Of a DNA stretch of 32,000 nucleotides, positions 19,200 through 28,923 are shown piece after piece. Positions within the stretch are counted from its first letter, which is position 1. Each line of letters starts with the position of its first letter. This DNA is from Candidatus Saccharimonadota bacterium (GTDB lineage: Bacteria > Patescibacteriota > Gracilibacteria > Absconditabacterales > Absconditicoccaceae). A model generated the notes under the pieces. It worked only from the letters and a program-made list of their open reading frames with translations. It made no database searches and had not been told where the DNA came from. The stretch spans positions 90,001 through 122,000 of the forward strand of contig JAUIDC010000001.1 of assembly GCA_030429145.1 (NCBI GenBank). The letters run 5' to 3'. Made by a program: the position numbers and the translations under genes.

Positions 19200-19516
19200 A
19201 AGTCATGAATAAAGCCTTACTACCATCATAGTCAGTATATTATTCCACAAGGGCTATCCTTGGCCTACGGACAGGCATGATACTTTAAGGGTTGGGTTGG
19301 CACAAGGCCAATTTCCTGCTCAAGCGCCTTGAGTCTAGCAGGAGTCGGGTCTCAAGGTTAAGGCGTTAACTAGGCAGCGTATGCGTAGTTGAACGCAGCA
19401 AGTCTCATGTTAGAGTTTGCATTTTGTGGGTGAACGATTCTTTTATCCTCGGTACGCTCATCGAGCAATGGCTAGATTTAGTCATGGTGTACTCCTATCA
19501 AAACCAGCACACCCCC
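19169..19516 (-). ncRNA. ssrA: tmRNA (SsrA), about 348 nt, CCA not encoded
   Basis: 5' GGGGGTGTGCTGGTTTTGATAGG... and 3' ...ACGAG-TTCGACT-CTCGT-CACCTCC-A. The acceptor stem GGGGGTG/CACCTCC has the G3:U70 alanine identity pair, and there is a T-arm with a TTCGAnT loop. The tag ORF resumes at GCA (19420): ANSNMRLAAFNYAYAA, then TAG (to 19370). Confidence 0.85.
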
Positions 19517-19525
19517 TTGTCATTG

Positions 19526-19531
19526 ATTATA
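19526..19531 (-). promoter_or_regulatory. Candidate -10 box for ssrA
   Basis: TATAAT on the minus strand, 10 nt upstream of the predicted tmRNA 5' G. Confidence 0.3.
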
Positions 19532-19568
19532 ACTATTTTTGATACATTTTCCATACCATATACAACTA

Positions 19569-19886
19569 TCACGCAAGAGCAAGTTCCTTGACTCTCTTAG
19601 GAATTTGAGCTAATTTTTTGCTTTCTTCTTTGTCGAGACTTAATTGATAAGTGTCATACATTTGCTGAAGCCCAAGCCATAGTTCGGAAGATGTACCGAA
19701 TGCCGCTCCGATACGAGCAGCGATCCTTGGAGTGACATTTCTGCGCTCTCTCAAAATATTATTCACTTCCGACTTATCTATGCCCAAAATATCAGCAAAT
19801 TGTTTTTGCGACCACCCTCTTACTGCTATTTCCTCACGAATATATTCACCGGGATGAAAAGCCATTGGCACTCTACTAGTAGACAT
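19569..19886 (-). CDS. higA: HigA-family antitoxin (Xre-type HTH)
   Basis: HPGEYIREEIAVRGWSQKQFADILGIDKSEVNNILRERRNVTPRIAARIGAAFGTSSELWLGLQQMYD is the classic HigA/VapI HTH pattern. Intact standard-code ORF. Confidence 0.85.
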   Translation of the reverse strand: MSTSRVPMAFHPGEYIREEIAVRGWSQKQFADILGIDKSEVNNILRERRNVTPRIAARIGAAFGTSSELWLGLQQMYDTYQLSLDKEESKKLAQIPKRVKELALA

Positions 19887-19912
19887 TGTCAGGATAATAA
19901 ATTGTTAAAAAA

Positions 19913-20209
19913 TTACTGATAATGATTATTAATTTCTATTATTCATACGACATGTATTTCTTTCGTTTGGTCTAGCGTAAAGATCAATCTTCGAGATCTA
20001 TTTAATCTTATACTCCATTGTCCTTTGCGATCAGCAGCAAGTCTTTCACAATGCAACCCACCAATAGCATGTAGATCACTTATATTATACGCTTTCATAA
20101 GAAAGTTTACTCGCTTAATGTAACTCCTGACTATATCGGGATGAAATCTTTTAGAGTATCACTCTCTATAAAGCTCTTCCAGTTTTTGGTCCAGAAAAAC
20201 GACCTGCAT
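19913..20209 (-). CDS. higB: HigB-type toxin (RelE/ParE superfamily, 'killer protein')
   Basis: MQVVFLDQKLEELYREGYSKRFHPDIVRSYIKRVNFLMKAYNISDLHAIGGLHCERLAADRKGQWSIRLNRSRRLIFTLDQTKEIHVVGIIEINNHYQ (2 TGA=Gly). The LHxExL..DRKGQWSIRxN..xRLxF pattern is typical of HigB. It lies 26 nt upstream of higA. Confidence 0.8.
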
Positions 20210-20377
20210 AGGCGTCTATTTTTGTTTATAAAATATTTTTTGTTTTTGAGCTTGTTGAAGCTTGTGCCACTCACTTTATGCAGTAGTTATAAAAAATCAA
20301 GAAAAGTTGAGTATTTTGAAAACTTTTTATCATTTTTTGATAAAATAAAAACTCGCCATCAAAGCGAATCTACAATC

Positions 20378-20459
20378 TACCAGGGATGGGACTCGAACCC
20401 ACACATCTTGCGACATACGCACCTGAAGCGTACGTGTCTACCAGTTCCACCACCCTGGC
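20378..20459 (-). tRNA. tRNA-Leu (anticodon CAG), long variable arm, CCA not encoded
   Basis: GCCAGGG-TGGTGGAACTGGTAGACAC-G-TACGC-TTCAGGT-GCGTA-TGTCGCAAGATGT-GTGGG-TTCGAGT-CCCAT-CCCTGGT-A. The cloverleaf was folded by hand (82 nt). Confidence 0.85.
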
Positions 20460-20571
20460 GTGGAGCAAACTATAAAGATCTGCTGTGGATTTTACAATAA
20501 TAATGGGTACAAAAACAACTATTGACTTATGCTGTTTTGCAAATATAATTGTCACACTAAATCAAACTGAT

Positions 20572-20757
20572 ATGAACAACCAAAAAAACACAAAGGGCGA
20601 AATCGAGTTTGCAAATGAAGAAAGAAAGCATTATGAACGTAAGTCTTTCATTGAGCTATTGTTTGTACTATTCATAGTCTTCTGGTTCTTCCTTGCTCTT
20701 ACTGGACATATCCAAGTTCCGGATAGTCAAACGACACATTGTACTCAATCAAAATAA
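20572..20757 (+). CDS. Small hypothetical membrane protein (61 aa)
   Basis: MNNQKNTKGEIEFANEERKHYERKSFIELLFVLFIVFWFFLALTGHIQ... has one TM helix. TAA stop, followed by a hairpin terminator. Confidence 0.4.
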   Translation: MNNQKNTKGEIEFANEERKHYERKSFIELLFVLFIVFWFFLALTGHIQVPDSQTTHCTQSK

Positions 20758-20780
20758 AATGAGGTTTGTCCTTGTTTTAC

Positions 20781-20810
20781 ATGCCACTCTGTCTCAGAGG
20801 GCATTTTTTT
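20781..20810. terminator. Rho-independent terminator shared by convergent genes
   Basis: atgcc(a)ctctg-tct-cagagggcat followed by ttttttt. It overlaps the stop of the pseudouridine synthase gene. Confidence 0.6.
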
Positions 20811-21729
20811 ATCGCCACTTATCAAGCTGAAGGTCTATCTTCTCTCCTTCTAGATCACGAAAAGCTAATCTATATGCTTGTAGGTGCATAGATACTGATT
20901 CATCAGTTCCATATAAGTAATCCCCTACTATCGGTAGTCCGTGCTCAGAGAGATGGTAACGGATCTGGTGGGTACGACCTGTGAGTATCTCTACTTCAAG
21001 GTCCGCTTTCTTTTTATCGGCACTCATCTCATAATGAGTGATCTTTGTTATCCCCAATTTTGGCTCATAGTGTGGCACTTTTGGTTTCACCATCTCAGAG
21101 ATGATATGTGGCAGTGTTATATCAGAAAGAAACTGTTCTCACTCTTTGGTCACGTAGGCTAAGGCGCGATAGTACTTTTTCAGCGGTACTTTTTCTTTTT
21201 CCTCAATAGAGGTTGCCATCGACTTCCCCTGAAAGAGTTTCTTAAAGTACGACAGTCACTCCTCTGTCTTCGCGACTATCATTAGTCCATCAGTTTCTTT
21301 GTCCAATCTATGCAATAACCCCGCACGTATGAAATTACCCATGGAAGGAATCTCTTTGTAACGGTGATAGAGGGCTCCAACTACTGATGGATGCTCCACT
21401 CCTCGCACAGAGTTTGGATGTGAGAGTATCCCAGCTTTTTTATGCACTACTACATAGTCATCTTTTTCTAAGATAATAGGGAGTTCTATCTGGGGTGAGG
21501 TTGCAAGCACCGAAGCTTCAAGGTATCTCTCAGGATGCGTAATATCTATCACATCGCCTGATTTCAGCTGCTGTGATTTCTTTTTGAGTGGCACACCATT
21601 GATCAATACATCACCGCGAGCCATGAGACGATGAAAAAAATTACGCGTATAGCCATGTACGCGTACTAAAAACGTGTCCACACGTTCTCCATCTCACTCA
21701 TAAGTAAATTTATGTTCGTGTTGGTTCAT
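20809..21729 (-). CDS. RluA-family (RluD/RluC-like) pseudouridine synthase with an N-terminal S4 domain
   Basis: GERVDTFLV..YTRNFFHRLMARGDVLINGV (S4). HRLDKETDGLMIVAK (catalytic Asp motif). LTGRTHQIRYHL. Joins track ORFs 21256..21681 and 20809..21093 via TGA at 21256 and 21139. ATG at 21729. Confidence 0.85.
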
Positions 21730-21836
21730 CGAGGAAAGTATAGGGATTTAGAGGGTATTTGAAAGCCATATATAAGTTATCATTTTTTGAAAAGAATAGT
21801 TGCAAAGAGGTTTGATATTCCGTATATGTTGAAGTA

Positions 21837-22844
21837 ATGTATTTACCTTTTTCCCACGAGCACATGAGATTATTGCATATACTCTTTCTCCTGGTTGGTG
21901 TACAGTTGATGATCAACGGTGTATTCTTTAGTTCATCTTTATTGACGGCTGTAGGTGCTGCACTGCTCTGTCTGTTTATTTTACTTGCAGTGAAAAGAGG
22001 TGCACGTACCAATGGTCATAGTGAACTTTGACCTACCTATCACCAAATAGGTGAAAATGGACGTCATGAGACCTATTTTGCGCCGCTAGCGCTCATCGCA
22101 TTGATTGGTGGTGCTCTAGCCTATCTCTTCCTTCCTCTCGAAAATGTCTATGAGAGAACTGCCGTGACGCTGGCAGGAACAGGACTCCTCTATCTTCTAT
22201 TGGCGACATTTGCTCATGGGTTTCGTCTGACTATGAAAAATATCCTTGGTGTGCTCTTTTCTGGACTACTACTTCTTGGAGTGGGTGCATCGGTTGCTAT
22301 GCGATGGACACCTCTCAAAGATGGCGCTGCTGATTTGTGGCAAAAAGTCTCTATAATGAGTGGAGAAAACAACAATAGTGAAACCAATACCATGACCGGC
22401 GAGATGCTGAGTGGTGACATCCTCACATGAACTGACATGCCTATGGCTGATACAGGACTGGTTGACACTGAAACGAATATTCCCCTCAATGGAAGCGGAG
22501 ATATCGCACTTACATACGGACAGCTTGTACCATATATTGCACAAAAATACAATCTTAATGCTGATGGACAACCGGATCCAACTTTCACGTATATCCCACA
22601 AAACGACGAAAGATACAAGGCCTTTAAAGCTGCATATTACAATAGATTCTTCGGACGAACGGTCAATCCTGATAAGGAGGTAAGCTGTGACAATTACATC
22701 GTGTTCATTGGACTTGCAGAACAATGGCCTGTTAGTTATAATGCAAGCAATGTCTATGAGGTATTTCGGGCAGAAGCAGAGAGAAGATGAATCCTCTATG
22801 GATGTAAAAGAGGAAATTATGTAAAGCGAGCTAACTTATATTAA
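21837..22844 (+). CDS. Hypothetical polytopic membrane protein with a soluble C-terminal domain (335 aa)
   Basis: Three track ORFs (21837, 22101, 22437) share one frame and are joined by TGA. TM segments include LLHILFLLVGVQLMINGVFF, LTAVGAALLCLFILLAV, LIALIGGALAYLFL, LAGTGLLYLLLATFA and VLFSGLLLLGVGASVAM. TAA stop at 22842-22844. Confidence 0.65.
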
Positions 22845-22874
22845 ACATATTTTAACTTTGTAAACTCTACTTTG

Positions 22875-23771
22875 ATGGCAGACAATGCACAAAACACTGA
22901 TAATGCTGCAAACCCTCAAAAGAAAGGAGGTTTATTTGGTAAGATCGGTGGTTGGTTTAAAAACACTGTAGGCAAAGGATTTGACTCTATCACACCTAAA
23001 GTAACAGCTGTTGCCGGTAAGGTGTGAGACAAACTAGAAAGCACTGCAGACAAAATCACTGAAAAGATTCCTGGTGGTGATAAATTTAAGGAAAGCGCAA
23101 GCAATGCAATTGAAAAATGAGTGAATACCATAGGAAATGAGACAAAAGAGCTTGTAGAAAAAGGAAAAGGGTACGTCAACAAGAAGACTGATCAAGCACA
23201 AGAAGGGGCTGAAGAAAAGACTGGATCTCTCCTTGGTGACATCACCGACAGAATCCAAAAAACAGCTGAAGGTGGTGTAAGCAGTGTCACTGGAGTGGTT
23301 GGTAAAGCAGGAGATGCACTTGGTAGCTGAGTAAATATGGCTCAAGATGCAGCAAAGCAAGGTGTAGATGCTGCTCAACAGGGTGTCAAGCAGGTGCAAG
23401 ACACTGCAACAAATGTTGCTCAAGAAGCTCAGAAGCAGGCTACAAATGTCGCTGATCAGGTACAAGAAAAAGCAACTGACGCAGTCAATAAGGTACAAGA
23501 TACGACTGAAAAAGCTGTAGAAACAGCGCAAAACAAAGTAGAAGATACTGCCAACGCAGTACAGGAAAAAGTTGAGCAGACTGCCGAGAAAGCAGAGGCA
23601 AAAGCGGAAGAAGTAAAAGATAATATAGAGAATAAAGCTACTGAGATGAAAGAAACCGTCGAAGAGAAAGTAGAAGACACAAAAGAAAAAGTAGAAGAAG
23701 CTGGTGAGGCTGTAAAAGACGCTGCCCCAGAGGCTCCTGCAACAGACAGCGCTGAGGAGAAAAAAGAGTAA
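22875..23771 (+). CDS. LEA-like / apolipoprotein-like repeat protein (298 aa, Ala/Lys/Glu/Gln/Thr-rich, about 11-residue periodicity)
   Basis: MADNAQNTDNAANPQKKGGLFGKIGGWFKNTVGKGFD..., then repeats such as KQVQDTATNVAQEAQKQATNVADQVQEKATDAVNKVQDTTEKAVETAQNKVEDTANAVQEKVEQTAEKAE. Joins three track ORFs via TGA. TAA stop at 23769-23771. Confidence 0.7.
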
Positions 23772-23799
23772 CCAATTTGTTATCAGTATATGCAGAAAA

Positions 23800-23827
23800 C
23801 TGCCTGGACGATCCATGCAGTTTTTTC
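23800..23827 (+). terminator. Rho-independent terminator
   Basis: ctgcctgga-cga-tccatgcag (8 of 9 pairs) followed by tttttt. Confidence 0.6.
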
Positions 23828-23853
23828 TCAAACAAAAAAAGCCTTCCCGCTAT

Positions 23854-23974
23854 GACAAGAATCAGGGTGAAAGTGATGGTAGGCTCGTACGTTCAACAGA
23901 GTACGATTAATGCACCAACGCACTGGTACACGTCCTCGAAGGGAGGACCCTAGTCATCAGCCCCGATCCTTGTC
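23854..23974. ncRNA. Unassigned GC-rich structured RNA candidate (multi-helix junction closed by a 10-bp helix)
   Basis: gacaagaatc (23854-23863) pairs with gatccttgtc (23965-23974). Internal hairpins: tcgtac/gtacga (about 23884-23905) and gtcctc-gaagg-gaggac (about 23931-23947). GC is far above the flanks. Strand and class are unresolved. Confidence 0.4.
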
Positions 23975-24145
23975 TATAGGAGGAAAGCCAATCTGTTGCT
24001 GGATTTGAAAGATCATTAGTTCATCGCAACAACATTATTTTATACAGAAATAGTTTTTTGTCAAATTTTATGTCACTTTTTTTGCTAAATAATCGTTTCA
24101 CATATATAATAGATGTGTTCCTATTTATAGAAACGATTGAATGCC

Positions 24146-24634
24146 ATGAGTGTGACAATTGATCTAAAACCAGATTCTCGCAAAGAAAGTCCTTTCTCTA
24201 CGGATGAGCAGAGATATTATACGTTACGCGAAAATACGTATAAGATATGTACTGCTCAAAAGATGGACGAGGGCGTTGCTGACGGTCTTATGAGATTTCT
24301 CTCATACCGTTACAATTTTCTAATGCATGACAATCAGGTAGCCCAGGCCCATGAACTCCTTAGTGATTACGAAGATATGCTCAATAAGTTCAAATACATC
24401 TCTGATAAGAAGTTTCTTAAAAAGGTTGATGACACCCTTGCAAAATGGATTTCAAGCATTGATGCTGTCTACAAGAAAACAGAAAACTTTGAGCAATACC
24501 TTGAAGGTATGCAAAAAATGTTCAATGCCGTATTTGGTTACATGGATAAACCGCTTGTACAAACCATGTATATTGAGAAAATGAAAGCGGAATTGGCACA
24601 AAACTTTGAAGAAAACAACCCTGTGGCGGCATAG
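24146..24634 (+). CDS. Hypothetical protein (162 aa)
   Basis: Standard-code ORF. I prefer ATG 24146 over the TTG at 24137. MSVTIDLKPDSRKESPFSTDEQRYYTLRENTYKICTAQKMDEG.... TAG stop. No motif recognised. Confidence 0.55.
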   Translation: MSVTIDLKPDSRKESPFSTDEQRYYTLRENTYKICTAQKMDEGVADGLMRFLSYRYNFLMHDNQVAQAHELLSDYEDMLNKFKYISDKKFLKKVDDTLAKWISSIDAVYKKTENFEQYLEGMQKMFNAVFGYMDKPLVQTMYIEKMKAELAQNFEENNPVAA

Positions 24635-24722
24635 TAGAAATTTGACAAAAATGATAAAGAGGAATATAATTACAGAAGTAATATAATAAAATTCCCAATT
24701 ATTTACACTCTACATCTGTCTC

Positions 24723-25304
24723 ATGAACAATACACTTTCTCAAGCCCAAGAGAGTCAAACTACTAAATGGTCTCCAGAACAACTGGATACTATTCACGGG
24801 ATGCTCAATGAGTACTCGCAAAGAACTCTGCCCCTTCAAAAGAAAATATCTGAGCTAGGAAAAACTCATGAAAAAATGATAAAGACGGGTGGTACTGGAG
24901 AGTATGCATGAGAATGGAATGATATCATGCATATGTACTTTCATGGGAAAAGACTTAGTGGACTAGAAAACGAAGAGCAGATTCCAAGCATTGACTATCT
25001 ACAACAACAGATTGATCTCAGCTTCCATGAGTATGAACAAGCAGTAAAAAGCTTTGATATACTAACTCAAAAGATGGTAGACTCTCCTATAAAGAAGGGA
25101 GCTAGAACCGCCATTAAATTTGATATTATAGATGGTATAGAAGAAATCAGGAGTGCGAAGGATTCGGATGAGAAAACAGCCCTTATAGACAAATTATTTC
25201 ATACGCTCTTCAGTAAGCACGTACTATCACCAGGACAACATAAGCTGATTACACATACAAAGGACAACATTATCAAAAACTTTAATAAAGAAAAAGAGGA
25301 CTAA
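24723..25304 (+). CDS. Hypothetical protein (193 aa)
   Basis: Track ORFs 24723..24911 and 24927..25304 are in the same frame, joined by TGA at 24909-24911. The TAA stop lies in the terminator loop. Confidence 0.55.
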
Positions 25305-25317
25305 CATCCTCTTTTTT
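25294..25317. terminator. Bidirectional terminator hairpin between convergent genes
   Basis: aagagga-ctaaca-tcctctt followed by a T-run, with an A-run upstream. Confidence 0.6.
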
Positions 25318-25324
25318 CTTATCT

Positions 25325-25909
25325 TTACTGCCCTACTATCACCTTCGCAGCCTTGATGACTCTTGTTGTCTCACCTTGTTGGATCATATACCCTGGTTCA
25401 TACTCCTTGATGATTTTTCCTTTCATCTTTTCATCGTCTGTTGGTTCTACACCAAGTGGTTCATGTAGTTCGCTATCTGGCTCCTCGCCTATGGTAGCGA
25501 TTTTTTGTATACCAAGAGCATTGAGGGATTTCATGACATTTTCATAGACGATCTTTACGCCGTCTGCCCATTTATTTTCATGTAGCTCTTCTGGCATATT
25601 ATTAACTGAATAAGAAAGCTGATTGATCAGTGGCAGTATCTTCTCCATCACAGCTACCAGTGAGGTTGTCTTCGATTCTTTCGCTTCCTGCTCTACTCTA
25701 CGCTGAAAGGTATCAAAATCACGTTTTAACATCACATAATCATACTGCGCTTTCTTCGCAACTTCTTCCATATTTTTCACCTGCGCCTGCAATTCTTCCA
25801 CTGAAACATCTCCAGTAGCACTATCGTTCTGCTGGACTATCTGTTCCTCAGTTTCTTCTGGCATATTTTCCATATTATTGTCTTCTACCTGCTTATTTTC
25901 GTCTGTCAT
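25325..25909 (-). CDS. grpE: Nucleotide exchange factor GrpE
   Basis: Acidic N-terminus, a long helix (LQAQVKNMEEVAKKAQYDYVMLKRDFDTFQRRVEQE) and a C-terminal beta domain (HEPLG...IIKEYEPGYMIQQGETTRVIKAAKVIV), typical of GrpE. Confidence 0.85.
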   Translation of the reverse strand: MTDENKQVEDNNMENMPEETEEQIVQQNDSATGDVSVEELQAQVKNMEEVAKKAQYDYVMLKRDFDTFQRRVEQEAKESKTTSLVAVMEKILPLINQLSYSVNNMPEELHENKWADGVKIVYENVMKSLNALGIQKIATIGEEPDSELHEPLGVEPTDDEKMKGKIIKEYEPGYMIQQGETTRVIKAAKVIVGQ

Positions 25910-26019
25910 ATGCTATTTTGTATAAGATAAATGACGAATTCCATCATATGTATTTTAGGTTCAAAAACAACCCGACAACATGAAAGTGTCAGTAAAATCA
26001 ACTCCACTGACATTTAAGT

Positions 26020-28812
26020 TTACGTAGCTTTTTTATTGTCTTTCTTCTTTGATTGAGCTTGCATCTTATCCTTTTTAGTCTGCTCTTTTCTTTCATTTTC
26101 TTTCTGTTTTCTGATGAGATCTACACCTAGCACTCTTTCTAACTTATTTTTTCTTCTTGTATAGTTCAGCTTATAGTGCGACTTCTTATGCAATTCAATG
26201 TCTTTCCTTATGTTATCTATGTCATCCGTTTGAATCAGACCATGTTTCACACCAATTTTAGCAAATTTTACAAGAGTATCTACAGGGATATCATCTAGTT
26301 TATTGCTGAAGTAAAATCTAATATCTCTCGACTGCCAAAAATAGTGAGTATGAAGAACATTCAGAAGATCAAAGATCGTGTAGATAGTCCACTTCTTTTT
26401 TAATTTTTCTATGAAGTTTTTATATATCACATCATCTGCAGCTTCCTTTCCATACATATATCTCAAAAATGCTCTTCTGAACTCATCTCCATAGATGTAT
26501 CCGGCATAGATTCCCATCTCTTTTGCAATAGTTCTCTGTCTCACCTCTTGAAGCTTATGAACGATGGTCTGTCGGTTTTTACGAGGGAACGCCTGTTCAA
26601 CAGTAGTGATACCGATCTTTTGCAAGTGCTTATGAAAGTAATCTTTTAGACTATCAAAGTTACAATACTCTGCCAGATATGCGACTATTTTCTCCTTTTT
26701 CACACCATGTGGAAATACAGGCAATCCTTGAGATTTTCTTATGTTATTTATCAGATCAAATATCTGGTTAAGTTTTTCTTCTCATTCCAGCAATAACTTT
26801 ACAGGGTTTGTAGTTCCCAGGAATTGTTTGATCTGTCTTTGTATATTCACACCCAATCTTTGCGTGAGTTCTACAAAGCTCCTCTCTTCCCAAATATCTT
26901 CTTCGTGTTTTACACTCCACACAAGAAAACTTGCCGGATTTCCCTCCAACCACGGATTACTAAAGTAATCATAGAGGGTTACTATGGAGTGAGGTTTAAT
27001 AGTTTTTTTCACAATATCATTGTACATTTTATTGAACTGCTGTTGGCTCATGGCTGGATAGCTCATGAACTCTGCAACAGCGTTGAGTCATGCTAGACTT
27101 CTCACTGACAACATCTGGTCAATTTTTTGGAACTTAGAACCACGAAATCTATCGGCTGCCTTAGAACGAATCAGATCTTTATCACATACTAGTAGCTCTT
27201 CTAGTGAAGAGATTTTCTCTTGTTCGAAGAACTCTTTAATATCTGTAAAATGCACTGTCGCATTTGGATAGTGCTGAGCAAGATACGAACTATCCACCTC
27301 ATCGCAGAGAAACATATCTTCAAGTGAGTTCGGAAGTTCATCTATAGGGTCATCTTTTGTCGGGATATATTGTTTTCTTTTCTTTCACATTCACTTAGGT
27401 CATACTGGGAGACGTCATTTTTTGGGCACAGTTAACACCCATTTATCAGGCTCAATAATACGAGTATTGTCTGTACTTTTACGAATAATTTCTTTCAACT
27501 GTTCATCGCTATAAGTGCTATATTTAGATCTATTTCTTACATTTTTAAAAATCTCTTCAACATCTTCTTCTCTCATCGTCCTCATAATTCTTCCATTGCC
27601 CTGCGTTTTGAACACGGGATCATTGCTTGCATTAAACCTTGCCGCACATCTTAGTGGACGGCAATCACTCCCCTGCACTCACATTTTTACATTTACTACA
27701 ACATCAATTTCATCATTGTATATCATTTTCGAAATCTCAGCATCAGACACCTGGGTTTCACTCGTCTGAATCATAGTCCTTATACCATGTACTTCTCTTG
27801 CATATCTCTCTATATCTTTCGCTTCTTTTATGGTAGTACAGAAAAACTTACCAGGGAAGTAGACATGTTTCTTCAATAGCTCTGCATATTTATCTACAAC
27901 GACCTCTCTTATAGGTCTTCATGTACTATCAATAAATTTTCATGAGGACTCTATCTCATGAACAGACGGTTTCTTTTCGATTCCTCCCCTGATAGGAAGA
28001 TATGCCTTGCCGACACCATCAAATCATGGACGAATAAGGATCTCGTCTTCAAAGCACTCCTGAAGCTTGATACTGATAATTTCGTGATAGCTATCTTTAA
28101 GAGATTTCTTTCTTCTATCCGGTGTCGCCGTTAGAAGAATATGCATCTTTCCATAAGGGTTTCCATGTTCTCTATCCATAAAATATTCCTTCATAGCTTT
28201 TCACACATTTCCCATAGTTTCATGAGCCTCATCACTTATGTATACCTTAGCGATGTGATTCAATTGGTCTAAAAGATCCGGAGAGTTCTTAAATAGTGAC
28301 TTCAATGATGCATAGGTTGATCACACGACAGGATTGTCTATGAGCTTCTCTTTAATCTCTTCCAAAATATGCTCCAGCGTTTCTTTGGCCGTACAATTTC
28401 AAAGTTTTTTGAATGTATGCTCTGTTTCATCATACTCCATGGATGGAATAGAAAAAATAGCCTCATTCTCATATCAGGTTTCCACCAATTGTGTTAAATT
28501 CTGCGCAGTCAAATCAACAGTCGGAGCTTTCAATACAGCAGCCAACTGCAAAGCATACAGTATTTCCGTAAAAAAGAGTGTTTTCCCTGTTCCGGTAGGG
28601 AGTTTAATATATCATTCATCTATTCACATGAAAAGCATCCTGAGCAAGGCCACATGGGTCTTTTGCTGTACTCTTCTAAGTTTTTCTGTGTCGACTTTAT
28701 AGAGCAAGTCGTGTATGACTCACGATTCAAGAAAATTATGCAACGTCTGTTCACGAAGTTCAGTAGTAGTTATATCTTCTTCTCTTGCTTCTGATCTATT
28801 ATTTCTTGCCAT
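26020..28812 (-). CDS. SF2 DEAH-box helicase (ResIII/DEAD-like core) with a C-terminal extension of about 450 aa of unknown function (930 aa)
   Basis: Six or more track ORFs share one frame, joined by TGA. Motif I KLPTGTGKT, motif II YISDEAH, motif III LLTATPD, motif VI TQGNGRIMR. The C-terminal half has no recognised domain and ends in a Lys-rich tail. ATG at 28812. TAA stop at 26020-26022. Confidence 0.8.
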
Positions 28813-28923
28813 GTTAGGTAGGGCGAGATTAAGATGCATATTTTATCAATATATCTTTTTATGTCAAGAAAAGAGAGCTTGGTGCTCTCCCTCTTGTTTT
28901 GTTTGCATAGATTGGCTCTGTAA

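Noticed and set aside
20141-20500. A 119-aa plus-strand ORF.
   Set aside because: It runs across the higB 5' region and straight through the tRNA-Leu gene on the opposite strand, so it is spurious.
22214-22724. Minus-strand ORFs 22214..22618 and 22269..22724.
   Set aside because: They lie antisense to the continuous 335-aa plus-strand membrane-protein frame, and they overlap each other in two frames.
23034-23831. A 265-aa minus-strand ORF (Cys/Phe/Leu/Ser-rich), and 23456..23680 and 23638..23835 on the minus strand.
   Set aside because: These are antisense shadows of the Lys/Glu/Ala-rich LEA-like gene. The composition is non-protein-like, and the plus-strand gene has a start, a repeat structure and a terminator.
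23854-23995. RNase P RNA, SRP RNA, or an FMN or cobalamin riboswitch as the identity of the structured element.
   Set aside because: Only isolated short resemblances are present (GGGUGAAAG, GAGGAAAGCC, GCACUGG). Their order, spacing and the element length (about 120 nt) do not fit the consensus architectures as I recall them, so a covariance-model scan is needed.
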